Assembly (NCBI GenBank): GCA_037445065.1
Contig: JBBILD010000002.1
Coordinates: 160,001-224,000 of the forward strand
DNA: 64,000 nt
From: Myxococcales bacterium
GTDB lineage: Bacteria > Desulfobacterota > Binatia > HRBIN30
Direction: 5' to 3'
This document shows positions 41,204-51,529 of the stretch, piece after piece (position 1 is the stretch's first letter; every line of letters starts with the position of its first letter). The position numbers and the translations under genes are program-made. Under the pieces are notes generated by a model. The model saw only the letters and a list, made by a program, of their open reading frames with translations. It was not told where the DNA came from and made no database searches.

Positions 41204-41860
41204 TCACGGCTCGCGTAATAGCACCCGCGCACGCCGCAGTTCTGCGGAGTTGGCATCCTCACGCTTCAGGGATTCGAGGAGGCTGCGTGCCCGGTTCGCG
41301 TCTCCTTGTTGCACTGCAACGCGGAGTTGCTCGTACCGGGCAACGGTCGTGTACGGACCGCCCTGTTGCTCGGCGCGCTCGAAGGCTGTCGAGGCCTCGT
41401 CGAGCTTGCCTGCCGCCTCGTGGGCGTAAGCGACCCCAAGAGCGGCCGCCTGCCTGAGCGGCGGTGGCAAGTTGGAGTCATTGACGAGGTTGGCGAGCAA
41501 CTCCGAAGTCCGGTTCGGTTCATTCACGCGCAGGGCCGCGTGGCCGGCCAGTACGGCCGCTAGTTTGCCTGGAAGTCGGTTCTGCCAACGTTGCGCCACC
41601 GCGGCGAGTTCCGATGCGGCTTCCGGGTACTTGGCGGCCCGATACTGTCCCAGAGCCGCCGTCAGCTCCTCATTGGCATGCTCCAATGCTCGCTGCTGGT
41701 ACGTGACCAGCGCCCCCACCAAAACTAAGAACGCGAAAAGAACCGAAGCCGCGATTCCTACTTCGCGGCGGTGGGCTTGCGTCCATTGGAGAACTTGTCT
41801 TCCGAGGGAGACGAACTCATCTGGGCGCTTCAGGTCTTTTCGTCGCGGCTGCAATTTCAT
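41204..41860 (-). CDS. YfgM-like membrane-anchored TPR protein
   Basis: RKDLKRPDEF N-terminus, single TM, Ala-rich TPR-like helices. Confidence 0.75.
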   Translation of the reverse strand: MKLQPRRKDLKRPDEFVSLGRQVLQWTQAHRREVGIAASVLFAFLVLVGALVTYQQRALEHANEELTAALGQYRAAKYPEAASELAAVAQRWQNRLPGKLAAVLAGHAALRVNEPNRTSELLANLVNDSNLPPPLRQAAALGVAYAHEAAGKLDEASTAFERAEQQGGPYTTVARYEQLRVAVQQGDANRARSLLESLKREDANSAELRRARVLLREP

Positions 41861-41925
41861 GGTTCAGTAGCTTTCCCTTGCGGCGGTTCTGCAGAGCAAT
41901 GGGCCGGCGCGTCCCGAATCGCGAG

Positions 41926-42444
41926 CTACATCTTATACTTGAAGTCATCCGGGTTCATTTTTTCTAGGATTTCGGCCCACTTGTCACGGGAAACTCCAGA
42001 TAGATCCGGGGTGGCAGCTTCCTCTCCACCTTCTTGCAGAACGCTGGATGCTTCCAGGACCTGGCGGTGAACAAAGATCGGGCTCTTCAGACGCAACGCC
42101 AGGGCGATGGCGTCACTGGGGCGCGAGTCAATCACCAACACTTGGTCGCCCAGCCGAAGGTGGATTGCTGCGTAGTAAGTGTTGTCGCGCAAGTCAGTAA
42201 TTTCTACCCGGTCGACAGATGCGCCAACCTGCCCGAGGATGTTACGCAAGAGGTCGTGGGTCATGGGCCGGGCCATTTTGATCCCTTCGAGTTCGGTGGC
42301 AATCGCTGTAGCCTCGAGGAGCCCGATCCAAATTGGCAAGGCGATCTTGTTGTCCTGATCGCGCAAGAGGACAATCGGAGTCTTGGTCACCGGGTCCAAG
42401 GTGAGGCCGCCAACTGTCATTTCGATTGCGTTTTCCGCCGTCAT
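41926..42444 (-). CDS. Bifunctional nuclease family protein (DUF151)
   Basis: LPIWIGLLEA, RPMTHDL, DSRPSDAIALA. Confidence 0.93.
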   Translation of the reverse strand: MTAENAIEMTVGGLTLDPVTKTPIVLLRDQDNKIALPIWIGLLEATAIATELEGIKMARPMTHDLLRNILGQVGASVDRVEITDLRDNTYYAAIHLRLGDQVLVIDSRPSDAIALALRLKSPIFVHRQVLEASSVLQEGGEEAATPDLSGVSRDKWAEILEKMNPDDFKYKM

Positions 42445-42500
42445 CTCCGTAACTCGTGAAGAGGGATTTTGCGCAAAAGCTTCTCAGCGGTCAATCTTTC

Positions 42501-43946
42501 TTAGCGAACAAGTCGGTCAATCACACGGTAGAGCTGATTTAGATTCCGGCATTCCTCGACAAGGTCGCAGTAAGGCATGTAGCGATCCATCTCGCTGTCT
42601 CCAAAGCCCCAGGTCAATCGGTTTTCCGGGTTCAACCAGATGACTTGCTTGGCCCGTTGCTTGATCTCTTTCAAGGTCCACTCGTGGGGCAGATTGTAGT
42701 TGTTCCTCGCATCACCCAAGATCAACACGGTGGTCCGCTTGTTCACCGCGCTCAAGTAATCGCGGTGGAAGGCACGGAAGGCACGTCCGAAATCCGAGTG
42801 GGCAAACACGTTAACGACTTGACCGCTCAGGGACTGCTCGATCGCTGTGTGAATATCTTGCTCTTCGAACAGTCGTGTCACTTCCCCGAGTTCGCTGACA
42901 AAGACGAAACTTCGCACTCGAGCATAAAGGTCCTGCAGCGTGTACACGAACTGCAGCATGAAGCGCGAGACGTTGCGAACAGAGTCGGAAACGTCGCACA
43001 GGACAATGATTTGCGGCTTGTCTTTGACCCGCCGGTCGAACCGCAGCTTGAAAGGCACGGCGCCGTATTGGAGGTTCGTGCGCAGGGTTGCTTTTACATC
43101 GAAGCGGCCGCGCTTGGCGCGCTTTCGCCGCAAAGCCACCACGTTTTTGAGGCGCTCGGCGAGCTTGGTCACCGCCTCTTTCATTCGCCGAATCTCGTCC
43201 TCCGTGAGGTAGTAAAAACTCTTCTCCCCTAGCGGGTCCAGCCGCTGGGATTCTCGCTGGGTAGGGTCCTGCTTCTCCAACTCCATCCGCACCGTGCGCT
43301 TGATCAGTGCGGTTAGGTCGGCCAGGCGCCGCTCAATCCAGCGCTGCAGGAGATCCTTTTCCTCGTCCGCGAGGTTGCTGCCCCGGACGGCTTGCTTGAG
43401 CAGTTCCAACTCCGCGGAAATTCCCGAAAGGCCAAGGGCTTGCGCGAGACTGTGTGCGTACCTCCCCTCTTGAAACGGCCGCTCGATCTGATCGAGACCG
43501 ATCTGACTAGCCGCCTGAGCGAGGAGCCGCTGCAGTTCGCCTGAGTTCCCCAATAGCAAGTGGCGGGCGAGATCAGAGAGTTCGATGTTCCACTCTGCCA
43601 ATTGGTCGGCGAGCTGCTCGAGCAGAGCTTGGTAGTCCGGGTCGGCGAGGTGTAGCGCTTCCTTCAGGGCTGTCTCTTGTATCTTCCACTGGGTGCTCAG
43701 ACCGCGGAAGAACAGCTCGAACAGCTCGTCAAAAGCGGGCTCGTCCACCTTGCGCTTGACCAAGCAAGCCTTGAGCGCTTCCCGGAAATCGCTACCTTGC
43801 TCGATACCGACGGAGGCTACCGCCGCTAAGCCGTCGAGGGTTTCGGCGACGGTGACCCTCACGCCATTGCGTCGCAGCAATCCCACGAACTCGAGAATCT
43901 TTTTCTCGAAGCCTGAACCGAGCATTGCAGATGGATCGTGGGGCAT
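42501..43946 (-). CDS. VWA domain protein, CoxE-like
   Basis: FVGLLRRNG, MIDAS DVSDS, SDFG, LGDARNN, WLNPE. Confidence 0.9.
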   Translation of the reverse strand: MPHDPSAMLGSGFEKKILEFVGLLRRNGVRVTVAETLDGLAAVASVGIEQGSDFREALKACLVKRKVDEPAFDELFELFFRGLSTQWKIQETALKEALHLADPDYQALLEQLADQLAEWNIELSDLARHLLLGNSGELQRLLAQAASQIGLDQIERPFQEGRYAHSLAQALGLSGISAELELLKQAVRGSNLADEEKDLLQRWIERRLADLTALIKRTVRMELEKQDPTQRESQRLDPLGEKSFYYLTEDEIRRMKEAVTKLAERLKNVVALRRKRAKRGRFDVKATLRTNLQYGAVPFKLRFDRRVKDKPQIIVLCDVSDSVRNVSRFMLQFVYTLQDLYARVRSFVFVSELGEVTRLFEEQDIHTAIEQSLSGQVVNVFAHSDFGRAFRAFHRDYLSAVNKRTTVLILGDARNNYNLPHEWTLKEIKQRAKQVIWLNPENRLTWGFGDSEMDRYMPYCDLVEECRNLNQLYRVIDRLVR

Positions 43947-43995
43947 GGAGATGGATGCGACCGCTCGGAATCACGCGGCCAATTCAGCAAGCCGC

Positions 43996-44979
43996 TCAGT
44001 GGAGCAAATCTTTGTCCTCCGTCGCCGCTCCCGGCGCTTGCGCCTCGGCCCGCTTTCTGGCCACGTAGTCCTTGAGTTCTTCTTGTGCTTTGCGCAGATC
44101 ACCCTCGTACTTCGCAATTGCACTGAGCGTTTCCCGCACCGTCTCTCCATCCAAGAAATCCGCATTCAAAACCGTCAGAGCGCGCGCCCAATCGAGCGTT
44201 TCGCTAATGCTCGGAACCTTCTTAAGGTCCAGTTTCCGCACGCGCTGGACGAACTCCACCACTTGCGCGGCTAAGGTGCGGTTGATTCCGGGCACTTTGA
44301 GGTTCACGATCTCCAGCTCTTGTTCCAGGGACGGAAAATCAATGAAGAGGTGTAAACAGCGGCGCTTGAGGGCATCGGACATTTCACGCGCGTTGTTGCT
44401 GGTGAGCACCACAAATGGAATCTGCCGTGCTTTGAGCGTGCCGAGTTCTGGCACGCTGACTTGGAAGTCGCTCAAAACCTCCAACAAAAACGCTTCGAAT
44501 TCCGGGTCCGCCTTGTCGATTTCGTCGATCAACAAGACGACCGGCCGCTGTGCGGTAATGGCGCGCAGCAACGGCCGCGGCAGGATGAAGCGGTCCGAGA
44601 AAAACACGTCGTCTTCGCGAGCGATCCGGTCCACAGCCTCGCGTAAGGAAGAGGCTCCGCCAATGACTTCGCCGATCTTGTCCTTCAAAATCTGTGTATA
44701 CAGAAGCTGCTTGGCGTACTCCCACTCGTACAAGGCCTTGGCCTCATCCAGGCCCTCGTAACACTGCAGCCGGATGAGTTCGCAACCCGAGGCTTCAGCG
44801 AGAACTTTTGCGAGTTCTGTTTTGCCGACCCCCGCGGGCCCTTCGACCAAGATCGGTTTCTGTAAGCGAGTTGCCAAGTACACAACTGTGCCGATGCGCC
44901 GACTACAGATGTACCGCTGCGCAGCAAAACGGTCGATTACCTCATCCACAGAGGAGAAGGGAAAAAAGTCCGGAGACAT
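43996..44979 (-). CDS. MoxR AAA+ ATPase, CoxD-like
   Basis: EGPAGVGKT, RLQCYEGLD, LLIDEIDK, DALKRRC, PSISETLDW. Confidence 0.93.
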   Translation of the reverse strand: MSPDFFPFSSVDEVIDRFAAQRYICSRRIGTVVYLATRLQKPILVEGPAGVGKTELAKVLAEASGCELIRLQCYEGLDEAKALYEWEYAKQLLYTQILKDKIGEVIGGASSLREAVDRIAREDDVFFSDRFILPRPLLRAITAQRPVVLLIDEIDKADPEFEAFLLEVLSDFQVSVPELGTLKARQIPFVVLTSNNAREMSDALKRRCLHLFIDFPSLEQELEIVNLKVPGINRTLAAQVVEFVQRVRKLDLKKVPSISETLDWARALTVLNADFLDGETVRETLSAIAKYEGDLRKAQEELKDYVARKRAEAQAPGAATEDKDLLH

Positions 44980-45086
44980 GGCCGGACGCTAACATAGCCG
45001 GTTGGTACCCACAATTGACGAGGCTGGCCTTTGCAAGGCTGCGCACCTCTCGGTAGGTTACGCCCGGAACGCCCTCTGGAACGAGC

Positions 45087-45869
45087 ATGTGCACGCTAGT
45101 TGTCTACGTGGACCCGCACCCTGCTCTGCCTCTCCTCATTGCAGCCAATCGCGACGAGTTCCTCAGCCGCCCTACTGCCGGAGCACAGGTCGTTGCGAGG
45201 CCGACCCGACTACTTGCCGGTGTGGATCTGGTGGGCGGCGGAAGCTGGCTCGGGATCAACGAATACGGTGTGGTGATCGGCGTGCTCAATCGGAGGACGG
45301 GAGAAGGTCGAGACCCAAGCAAGCAAAGCCGTGGCCTGCTCTGCACAGAGGGGCTGCGTTTTAGGAGCGCTGGCGCAGCAAAGAGCTGGTTCGCTTCTCT
45401 GCCCGCCGGCGACTTTAACCCTTGCAGCTTGCTGCTCGCCCGTGCGGGCGAAGGAGCCTGGGTGATGGCCAATGCCGCCTCCGGTTGGCGTGAGGCGTCC
45501 CTCGGATCGGGGGTGCATGTGCTCACGAACCGCCCGTTCGAGGACCTCGAGTGCCCGCGCCGCGCCCGCGCCGTTCAGCGGTTCGAGCAGTTGCTGCCGC
45601 TGGTGGCGACGGGCTGGTCGGACCGTCTCCTGCCCTCGCTTCGCGAAGCCCTCGCTGATCACGGCGGAGAAGACGGCTACGTAGCCCGGGTTTGGGACGA
45701 AACGTTGTGTGTGCACTTGGAGGGATACGGAACACGCTCAGCGAGCGTTCTTGCGGTGCTGGGCGGGCCTGAGGGGAAAAAGCGTGCGTTGCTCTGGGTG
45801 AGTGGCGGACCGCCTTGCACGCACGACTTCGACACTTGCCTCTCCGTGGACTTGCAAACAACTCCCTAG
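45087..45869 (+). CDS. NRDE/TANGO2 family protein
   Basis: N-terminal MC, AANRDE, GGSWLG, SRG, YGTRS. Confidence 0.92.
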   Translation: MCTLVVYVDPHPALPLLIAANRDEFLSRPTAGAQVVARPTRLLAGVDLVGGGSWLGINEYGVVIGVLNRRTGEGRDPSKQSRGLLCTEGLRFRSAGAAKSWFASLPAGDFNPCSLLLARAGEGAWVMANAASGWREASLGSGVHVLTNRPFEDLECPRRARAVQRFEQLLPLVATGWSDRLLPSLREALADHGGEDGYVARVWDETLCVHLEGYGTRSASVLAVLGGPEGKKRALLWVSGGPPCTHDFDTCLSVDLQTTP

Positions 45870-45903
45870 ACAGCACCTCAGCCCAGGGGTAAGAAACGCG
45901 TTC

Positions 45904-46776
45904 GTGCCTCATCATGCTTTCGGCTGTTGGCGGGTGCAAGCCGCGTGGGCGCTCCTTTTGAGCGCGAGTCTCATGGTCGCTTGCGCGTCGCGCCGCCCGG
46001 AGCCGTACGGACCGGAGTCTCACGCGGGAGACCGCGCCGCTTCCTCAGTGGCACTCCCCGATGATGGGCTCCCTGTTCCAGGTGCCGAGCTGGCGGTGCA
46101 AGTGCGCGAACTACAGGCGCGCTTGCAGGAGAAGGATGAAGAACTGAAAGCCGCGCTCAAGGAACTCGACGCCCTTCGGGCCAGCAACTCGGGTCGAGGG
46201 GGGGACGGCAACGATGCCGCGCAAGCCGCGGCTGTCCGTTCGCTTCAGGAAGAGTTAGCCGCAGAGCGAGCGCGGCGAGAAGCACTGGTTCGGGAACTGG
46301 AAGAGTTGCGCCGCGAGGTGGCTTCGCCCTATGGGGAGAATCGCGTGCCCGAGTCAGAGTATCTGGCAATCAAACAGGAGCTGGTCGACCTCCGGCGACG
46401 GTTGCAAACGTTAGAGGAGGATCGCCGTTCACTCATGGCGGCGGCGGACAGATCAATGTCGGCTGGAGCAGGCGAGCAGGAGCGTTCCCTATTCCGGGAA
46501 CAAGAGCGACTGGCAGCGGACGTTGCAGGTGAACTGGACGCGACCCGCGCTCGGGTGTTGCAGTTGGAACAGCAGTTGTCCGAGAGCCGCGCCCTGCTTC
46601 AAAGGAGCGAGAGCATCGCACAAGAAAACTCTGCGTTGCGCGAGCAGCTTGCTGAGGAGAAACGGCGAGCGGAAGCTTTGGAAGCCAAGCTCAAAGTCGC
46701 GGCACGTGTGACCGAACTCATCTTCCGGATGCGTTCCGAGGCCGGGCGGAGTGTGGCTCCGGAGGGTGGCCGTTAG
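45904..46776 (+). CDS. Putative coiled-coil lipoprotein
   Basis: Hydrophobic stretch ending LMVA|C, then long E/L/R/A heptad repeats; start uncertain. Confidence 0.6.
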   Translation: MPHHAFGCWRVQAAWALLLSASLMVACASRRPEPYGPESHAGDRAASSVALPDDGLPVPGAELAVQVRELQARLQEKDEELKAALKELDALRASNSGRGGDGNDAAQAAAVRSLQEELAAERARREALVRELEELRREVASPYGENRVPESEYLAIKQELVDLRRRLQTLEEDRRSLMAAADRSMSAGAGEQERSLFREQERLAADVAGELDATRARVLQLEQQLSESRALLQRSESIAQENSALREQLAEEKRRAEALEAKLKVAARVTELIFRMRSEAGRSVAPEGGR

Positions 46777-48337
46777 TAATCTCGATGCGTACCCGCCCAA
46801 CCCGCGGTGGGCGCCACGGGTGCAGGCGAAAACCGGCCACTCGGGATTGGACCAACACGAAGGTGCTGGGATGGAAGAGGAAGATCCACGGCGCATCCTC
46901 GATGATCGCTTGCTCCGCTCGATACAAAAATTGGATGCGAGCAGAAGCAGAGAGTTCCCTGGCGGCTGCCTCGAGTAAAGCGTCCACGGCAGGGTTGCGG
47001 TATTCCGTATGGTTGTTCGCGCCGACTTGCCGGGAGTGAAACAGCACGTCGAGAAAGTTGCTTGCATCCGGGAAGTCGGCCTCCCAGCCGAGCAGAAACA
47101 TCGGCACCCTCCCCGGTTCCCGAATTGCTTCTAGGAACACTCCCCAAGCGAGCGGCCTCAGTTTGACGTGGATTCCGACCCGCAGCCAGTCTTGTTGCAG
47201 AGATTGGGCAATGCGCATCGCCGTGGGGTCGTTTCGCAACCAAAGCGTGGTTTCGAATCCCGCAGCGTACCCCGCGGCTCGGAGCAGTTGTTCCGCACGA
47301 TGTGGATCGTAAGGGTAAACCGGCGCGCGCTCTGGGTAGCTCGGCAGATTTGGGGGCACGACGCCAACCGCAGCCACCGCTCGTCCGTTCAGCAAGCGCA
47401 CCAGTTTTTCCTTGTCCGTCGCGTAATTCAAAGCTTGGCGGACACGCCGATCGTGGAACGGGGGCACCGAACAGTTCAGCCCGACGTACTGGGTGCGCAG
47501 CGTGGTGATTGTGTGGATCCGCTCCCGCCAGCGCGGGTCTCCTCGCACGTGCAAAAAATCCGCTGTCGGAATCCCAGTGACATCGAGTTGTCCGGATAGG
47601 AACTGCATCCACGCGAGTTCCTCCCCTACTCCGGTTTGCCGCAGGATTCCCGCAAGGGACGGTGGCTGAGCGCCCTCGTAGTAGGGATTTGGCTCGAGCC
47701 ACAGATATTGACCAGCACGCCACTCCCGCAGACGGTACGGGCCGCTGCCGGTCGGGTTGCGGCTAAAGGTTGCGCCACGTTCGCGCACGATTTCTTCCGG
47801 CAAAGCCGCGGCAAACGGAAGGGCCACCTTGTGCAGGAAGAGAAGGTCGGGCGTCTCCAACCGAAAAATCAGTAGATCGGGCTCGCGCGCCTCGATGCCG
47901 GGAACATCGCAGGCGGTGCTATCGCACTCCCGAGCCCCCAGGAGGCCAAGATAAAAGTCCCGCCCTGGGGATTGTGTACTCGGAAGCAAAACGCGCCGCA
48001 CCGCGTACGCAAAGTCTCCCGGTCGAACGCTACGCCCGTGACTGAAGCGGCTGGGCCGCAGCATAAACCGAAACTCGCGGAAATCGGCCGACGCGCTCCA
48101 CGACTCCGCGGCCTCTCCCACCAAATCACCTTTGTCGTCGTAGTCGAGCAGAGTCTCAAAGATCAGGTCCTCGAATTGCCAGGAGGCGGTGTCATAGCCG
48201 CGCGCCGGATCGAGAGTCGGTATCTCGTCCTGATCGGCCAGGCGGAGCACGTGGTCGCTGTCGCTTGCTGGACCGGGAGATTGCTGCCGGCAGGCTAGAA
48301 CAAGCAGAGTGCAAAGAAGGAAAAGACGCGACCTCAT
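46718..48337 (-). CDS. Peptide/nickel ABC substrate-binding lipoprotein (family 5)
   Basis: LVLA|C lipobox, TLDPA, PTGSGPY, RVRQALNYA, GWEADFPD. Confidence 0.92.
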   Translation of the reverse strand: MRSRLFLLCTLLVLACRQQSPGPASDSDHVLRLADQDEIPTLDPARGYDTASWQFEDLIFETLLDYDDKGDLVGEAAESWSASADFREFRFMLRPSRFSHGRSVRPGDFAYAVRRVLLPSTQSPGRDFYLGLLGARECDSTACDVPGIEAREPDLLIFRLETPDLLFLHKVALPFAAALPEEIVRERGATFSRNPTGSGPYRLREWRAGQYLWLEPNPYYEGAQPPSLAGILRQTGVGEELAWMQFLSGQLDVTGIPTADFLHVRGDPRWRERIHTITTLRTQYVGLNCSVPPFHDRRVRQALNYATDKEKLVRLLNGRAVAAVGVVPPNLPSYPERAPVYPYDPHRAEQLLRAAGYAAGFETTLWLRNDPTAMRIAQSLQQDWLRVGIHVKLRPLAWGVFLEAIREPGRVPMFLLGWEADFPDASNFLDVLFHSRQVGANNHTEYRNPAVDALLEAAARELSASARIQFLYRAEQAIIEDAPWIFLFHPSTFVLVQSRVAGFRLHPWRPPRVGRVRIEITNGHPPEPHSARPRNASGR

Positions 48338-49152
48338 TGCCGCTCGGCGAACGGGCGCCCAAGTCCGCTAGCAATGAGCTGAAAAGCGAGCACTGCAAAG
48401 CTCAACGCCGCTCCGGGGAACAGCATGAGCCAAGGAGCAGCACGGTAGTACGTTTGGCTTTCGCTCAACATTCGGCCCCAACTCGGCACCGGTGGGGGAA
48501 CCCCAAGGCCGATAAAACTCAGCCCAGCGTCAATCAGTAATGAGTGGCTGGCGGTGACGGCCGCCAAACCAAGAATGCTCGCCCGCAAGTTCGGGAGAAT
48601 GTGCTTGCCCAGGATTCTGCGATTCGTTGCCCCGATTGCCCTTGCTGCCACGACGAACTCTCGCGCGCGCAAGGAGCGAACCTCAGCGCGTACGGCACGG
48701 GCCACGGGCGTCCACCCCACCGCTCCAATGACCGCAAGCAGCAGGTAAGGGCTCGGCTCGAACAAAGCCGCAAGTGTGATCGCCAGCAAAAGCATCGGTA
48801 CGGCGAGTAACACTTCGGTGAACCGCATGAAGAGCGTGTCCACCCACCCTCCGAAGTAGCCAGCGAGTAGACCCACCCCTACCCCGACCCCCAGGCAGAT
48901 TGCTGTTGCGGAGATTGCGATCGCCAGGGAGACCTGGCCAGCGACCAGGATTCGCGCGCAAACGTCGCGGCCGAGTTCGTCCGTTCCGCACGGGAAGGTG
49001 CGCTGGGGCGCAAGCGGCTCACCGATCGCATCAGTGACGGGTAACAGAGGGTCCCGGTTCAGCCAGACGGGAGCGATGGTGGCCACAGCCAGCATCAGCA
49101 CCAGCATCGCGATTCCCGTTGCCAGGGTTCGGTTGGGAGCGGAGCGCCTCAC
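48334..49152 (-). CDS. Peptide ABC permease, DppC/OppC type
   Basis: GTDELGRD, EFVVAARAIGA, HILPN, LSFIGLG, PSWG; real start well inside the 633-aa ORF call. Confidence 0.92.
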   Translation of the reverse strand: MRRSAPNRTLATGIAMLVLMLAVATIAPVWLNRDPLLPVTDAIGEPLAPQRTFPCGTDELGRDVCARILVAGQVSLAIAISATAICLGVGVGVGLLAGYFGGWVDTLFMRFTEVLLAVPMLLLAITLAALFEPSPYLLLAVIGAVGWTPVARAVRAEVRSLRAREFVVAARAIGATNRRILGKHILPNLRASILGLAAVTASHSLLIDAGLSFIGLGVPPPVPSWGRMLSESQTYYRAAPWLMLFPGAALSFAVLAFQLIASGLGRPFAERQ

Positions 49153-49154
49153 CT

Positions 49155-50090
49155 TTACCCCTCCCCCTCCGCCTGGCGCACCCGAGGGTCGATCCACGCG
49201 TGCAGCAGATCGGCGATCGCGTTGAGAGCCACCAAGATTACGGTGGTCACTAACACCACGCCCATCAGCATGGGGAGGTCCTGGTTGAAAACCGCCTCGA
49301 CCGCGAGTCGCCCGAGCCCTGGCCAATGAAAAACTGTCTCGGTAAGAGTCACGCCGCCTAGCAGACCTGCAAGATCGAGAGCCAGGAGAGTCACTACGGG
49401 TAAGATCGCGTTCCGCAGTGCGTGTAAAAGAACCACCCGTGACGGAGGCAATCCTTTTGCGTGCGCTGCCTGGATAAACGGCTGCGCGAGGACCTCCCGT
49501 AAATTGGCTTCCAGGATGCGGTAGTACGCAGCCGCCATCCCTGCGGCCAGCGCGCACGCCGGCAGCACGACGCCAAGTGCGCTGTATCCGCCCAGAGGAA
49601 ACAGCGGCCAGTAAAAGGCAAACGCGTAAAGGAGGAGAAGACCAAGCCAGAAGGGAGGAATGGCGAGCCACAAGCTGGAGCTTGCGAACAAAAGAGGTTG
49701 CCACGACCGACGCATCGCACCGAGGCAACTGAAGCACACCCCTAAAACCAGCGCGATGCACCAGGCGGTGAGTGCAAGAAGAACGGTTGGCGCGAGCCGT
49801 TCGCTGATCGCCTCGGATACTTGTTGTTGGGTTACGAACGAACGGCCCAAATCCCCGCGCAGAAGGCGCTTGAGATAGAGTCCGTACTGTACCCAGACGG
49901 GACGGTCCAGGCCGAGGTCCTGTCGGATTTGGCGGCGGGTTTCCGGCGAGACTTTGATCCCTGCAATCGCCGCTACTGGGTCGGCCGGCATCAGAAAAGT
50001 CAGTGCAAAGGTGAGGAACGAGACTCCGAAGCACACCACTGCGGCTTCTGCCAAACGCCGGAAGACCGCTACCCAAAACATACTCAGCAT
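49155..50090 (-). CDS. Peptide ABC permease, DppB/OppB type
   Basis: LGLDRP, GDLGRS, AHAKGL, HALRNA, ETVFHWPGLG. Confidence 0.93.
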   Translation of the reverse strand: MLSMFWVAVFRRLAEAAVVCFGVSFLTFALTFLMPADPVAAIAGIKVSPETRRQIRQDLGLDRPVWVQYGLYLKRLLRGDLGRSFVTQQQVSEAISERLAPTVLLALTAWCIALVLGVCFSCLGAMRRSWQPLLFASSSLWLAIPPFWLGLLLLYAFAFYWPLFPLGGYSALGVVLPACALAAGMAAAYYRILEANLREVLAQPFIQAAHAKGLPPSRVVLLHALRNAILPVVTLLALDLAGLLGGVTLTETVFHWPGLGRLAVEAVFNQDLPMLMGVVLVTTVILVALNAIADLLHAWIDPRVRQAEGEG

Positions 50091-50254
50091 TTGTCGTGTG
50101 CAAACGCGCCGCGCAAGCCAGGCTTCGCCCTTCCGCTCCTTCTCCGCAAATGCTTGTTTTGCCTCCGGCCATCTGGCAGAGAGGATCTGCTGCGGACGAT
50201 TGAGGGCGGCGACGAACAGCTTGGGGTGCCTGCATCTGTGCGGACGAAGATGGA

Positions 50255-51166
50255 GTGGTAGCTGTGGCCCTACCGAAGCTTCCCGCGGCCGGGACTGCCG
50301 GCGGAAAACCGGTAAGGTTGTTTACAACGGCTCAAGTGGCCCGGTTGCTTCGCACAACGCCACATGAGATCCGCCGGGTGATCCGCGCGGTGGGCTTGAA
50401 AGTTCAGCGTCGGCGGCGTCGGATTTTCGTCACGTTCCGCGATCTTGTCGTGCTGCGGGCGGCGTTGAAGCTGCGCCGCCAATCTGTCCCGTTACGTCGC
50501 TTAGGAGTAGCGTTGCGGAAGCTGCGCCAGGAACTGCCGCAAGAGCAATCGGTCAGTGGCGTGCGCTTGTGGGCGCAGGGGGACGAAGTACTCGCCCAGC
50601 GAGGGCCGTCATTTTGGAGCGTGGAGTCCGGCCAGCTCGTTTTCCCGTTTGCGGTCGAACCGAGAAACGCTCATACCCCATCCTCTGTTGCCACCCTCGC
50701 TGGAACGACGGGAGCCGATCCGGAGCGGGCTGCGCGAGCAAGCGAAGCGGCTGCAGAGCGTTGGTATTCCTTGGCGGTGGCGCGTGAAGAAGCAGGCGAC
50801 CTGGCGGGCGCTCGCCAAGCCTACCTACGCGCCTTGCGCTACGACCCCAATTTGTCCGACGCGTGTGTGAACCTTGGTCGCCTGGCGCATCAAGCCGGCC
50901 GCTTTCAGCAGGCCGCCGAATGGTACCGTCGTGCCTTGCAGTCCAGTCCCGACGATCCCATTGCACACTACGACTTGGCCATTGCTCTCGAAGACCTCGG
51001 CGACTTTGCGGCAGCGATTCGCGAGTACCAGCGCGCGCTGCGCGCGAACTGGGACTTCCCAGAGGCGCACTTCAATTTGAGTCGGTTGTATCGGGCCACG
51101 GGAAGGGTTCTCGAGGCAGCACGCCACTTGCGGATATATCGGCGGCTCACTGGTAAGCCGAGCTAA
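50255..51166 (+). CDS. MerR-like HTH + tetratricopeptide repeat protein
   Basis: FTTAQVARLL...TFRDLVVLR HTH, GQLVFPF, about 4 TPR motifs (NLG, AHYDLA, AHFNL); start uncertain. Confidence 0.8.
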   Translation: MVAVALPKLPAAGTAGGKPVRLFTTAQVARLLRTTPHEIRRVIRAVGLKVQRRRRRIFVTFRDLVVLRAALKLRRQSVPLRRLGVALRKLRQELPQEQSVSGVRLWAQGDEVLAQRGPSFWSVESGQLVFPFAVEPRNAHTPSSVATLAGTTGADPERAARASEAAAERWYSLAVAREEAGDLAGARQAYLRALRYDPNLSDACVNLGRLAHQAGRFQQAAEWYRRALQSSPDDPIAHYDLAIALEDLGDFAAAIREYQRALRANWDFPEAHFNLSRLYRATGRVLEAARHLRIYRRLTGKPS

Positions 51167-51529
51167 AGCTGGTTGCGGATCGGTTCTCGACTGGTCTGCC
51201 CTCTTCCCATTTTGGGGGGATTTCGGAGGCTCGGGAGGTTCTTTGACTTCCGTATCGCCTTGGCAGACGGCTCGAACCGTATAAATGTTGCGCGCTTTGA
51301 CGATCTACCTGATCTACAGTCCTAGCCCGGAGGCGCAGCGGTCGCATTTGGTGGCTTCTGCGCTTCATCCGGCGTGGCGGGCGCGGTGGGCAGGAATGGG
51401 TCGGAGTAGGGAACGGCGTTTCCTGCCAGATCGGCAAAGGGAGGCCGTTCTCGTGTTGCAAAGGCTCCCTCACTGCTTCGCTGCTCTGGGTACACAAGTA
51501 AGCACTGGAGCTGGGCCAAGCCGTGCTCC

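Noticed and set aside
49153..50235. 633-aa ORF suggesting an N-terminally extended DppC
   Set aside because: The extension is an alternate frame over dppB; the real start is near 49152.
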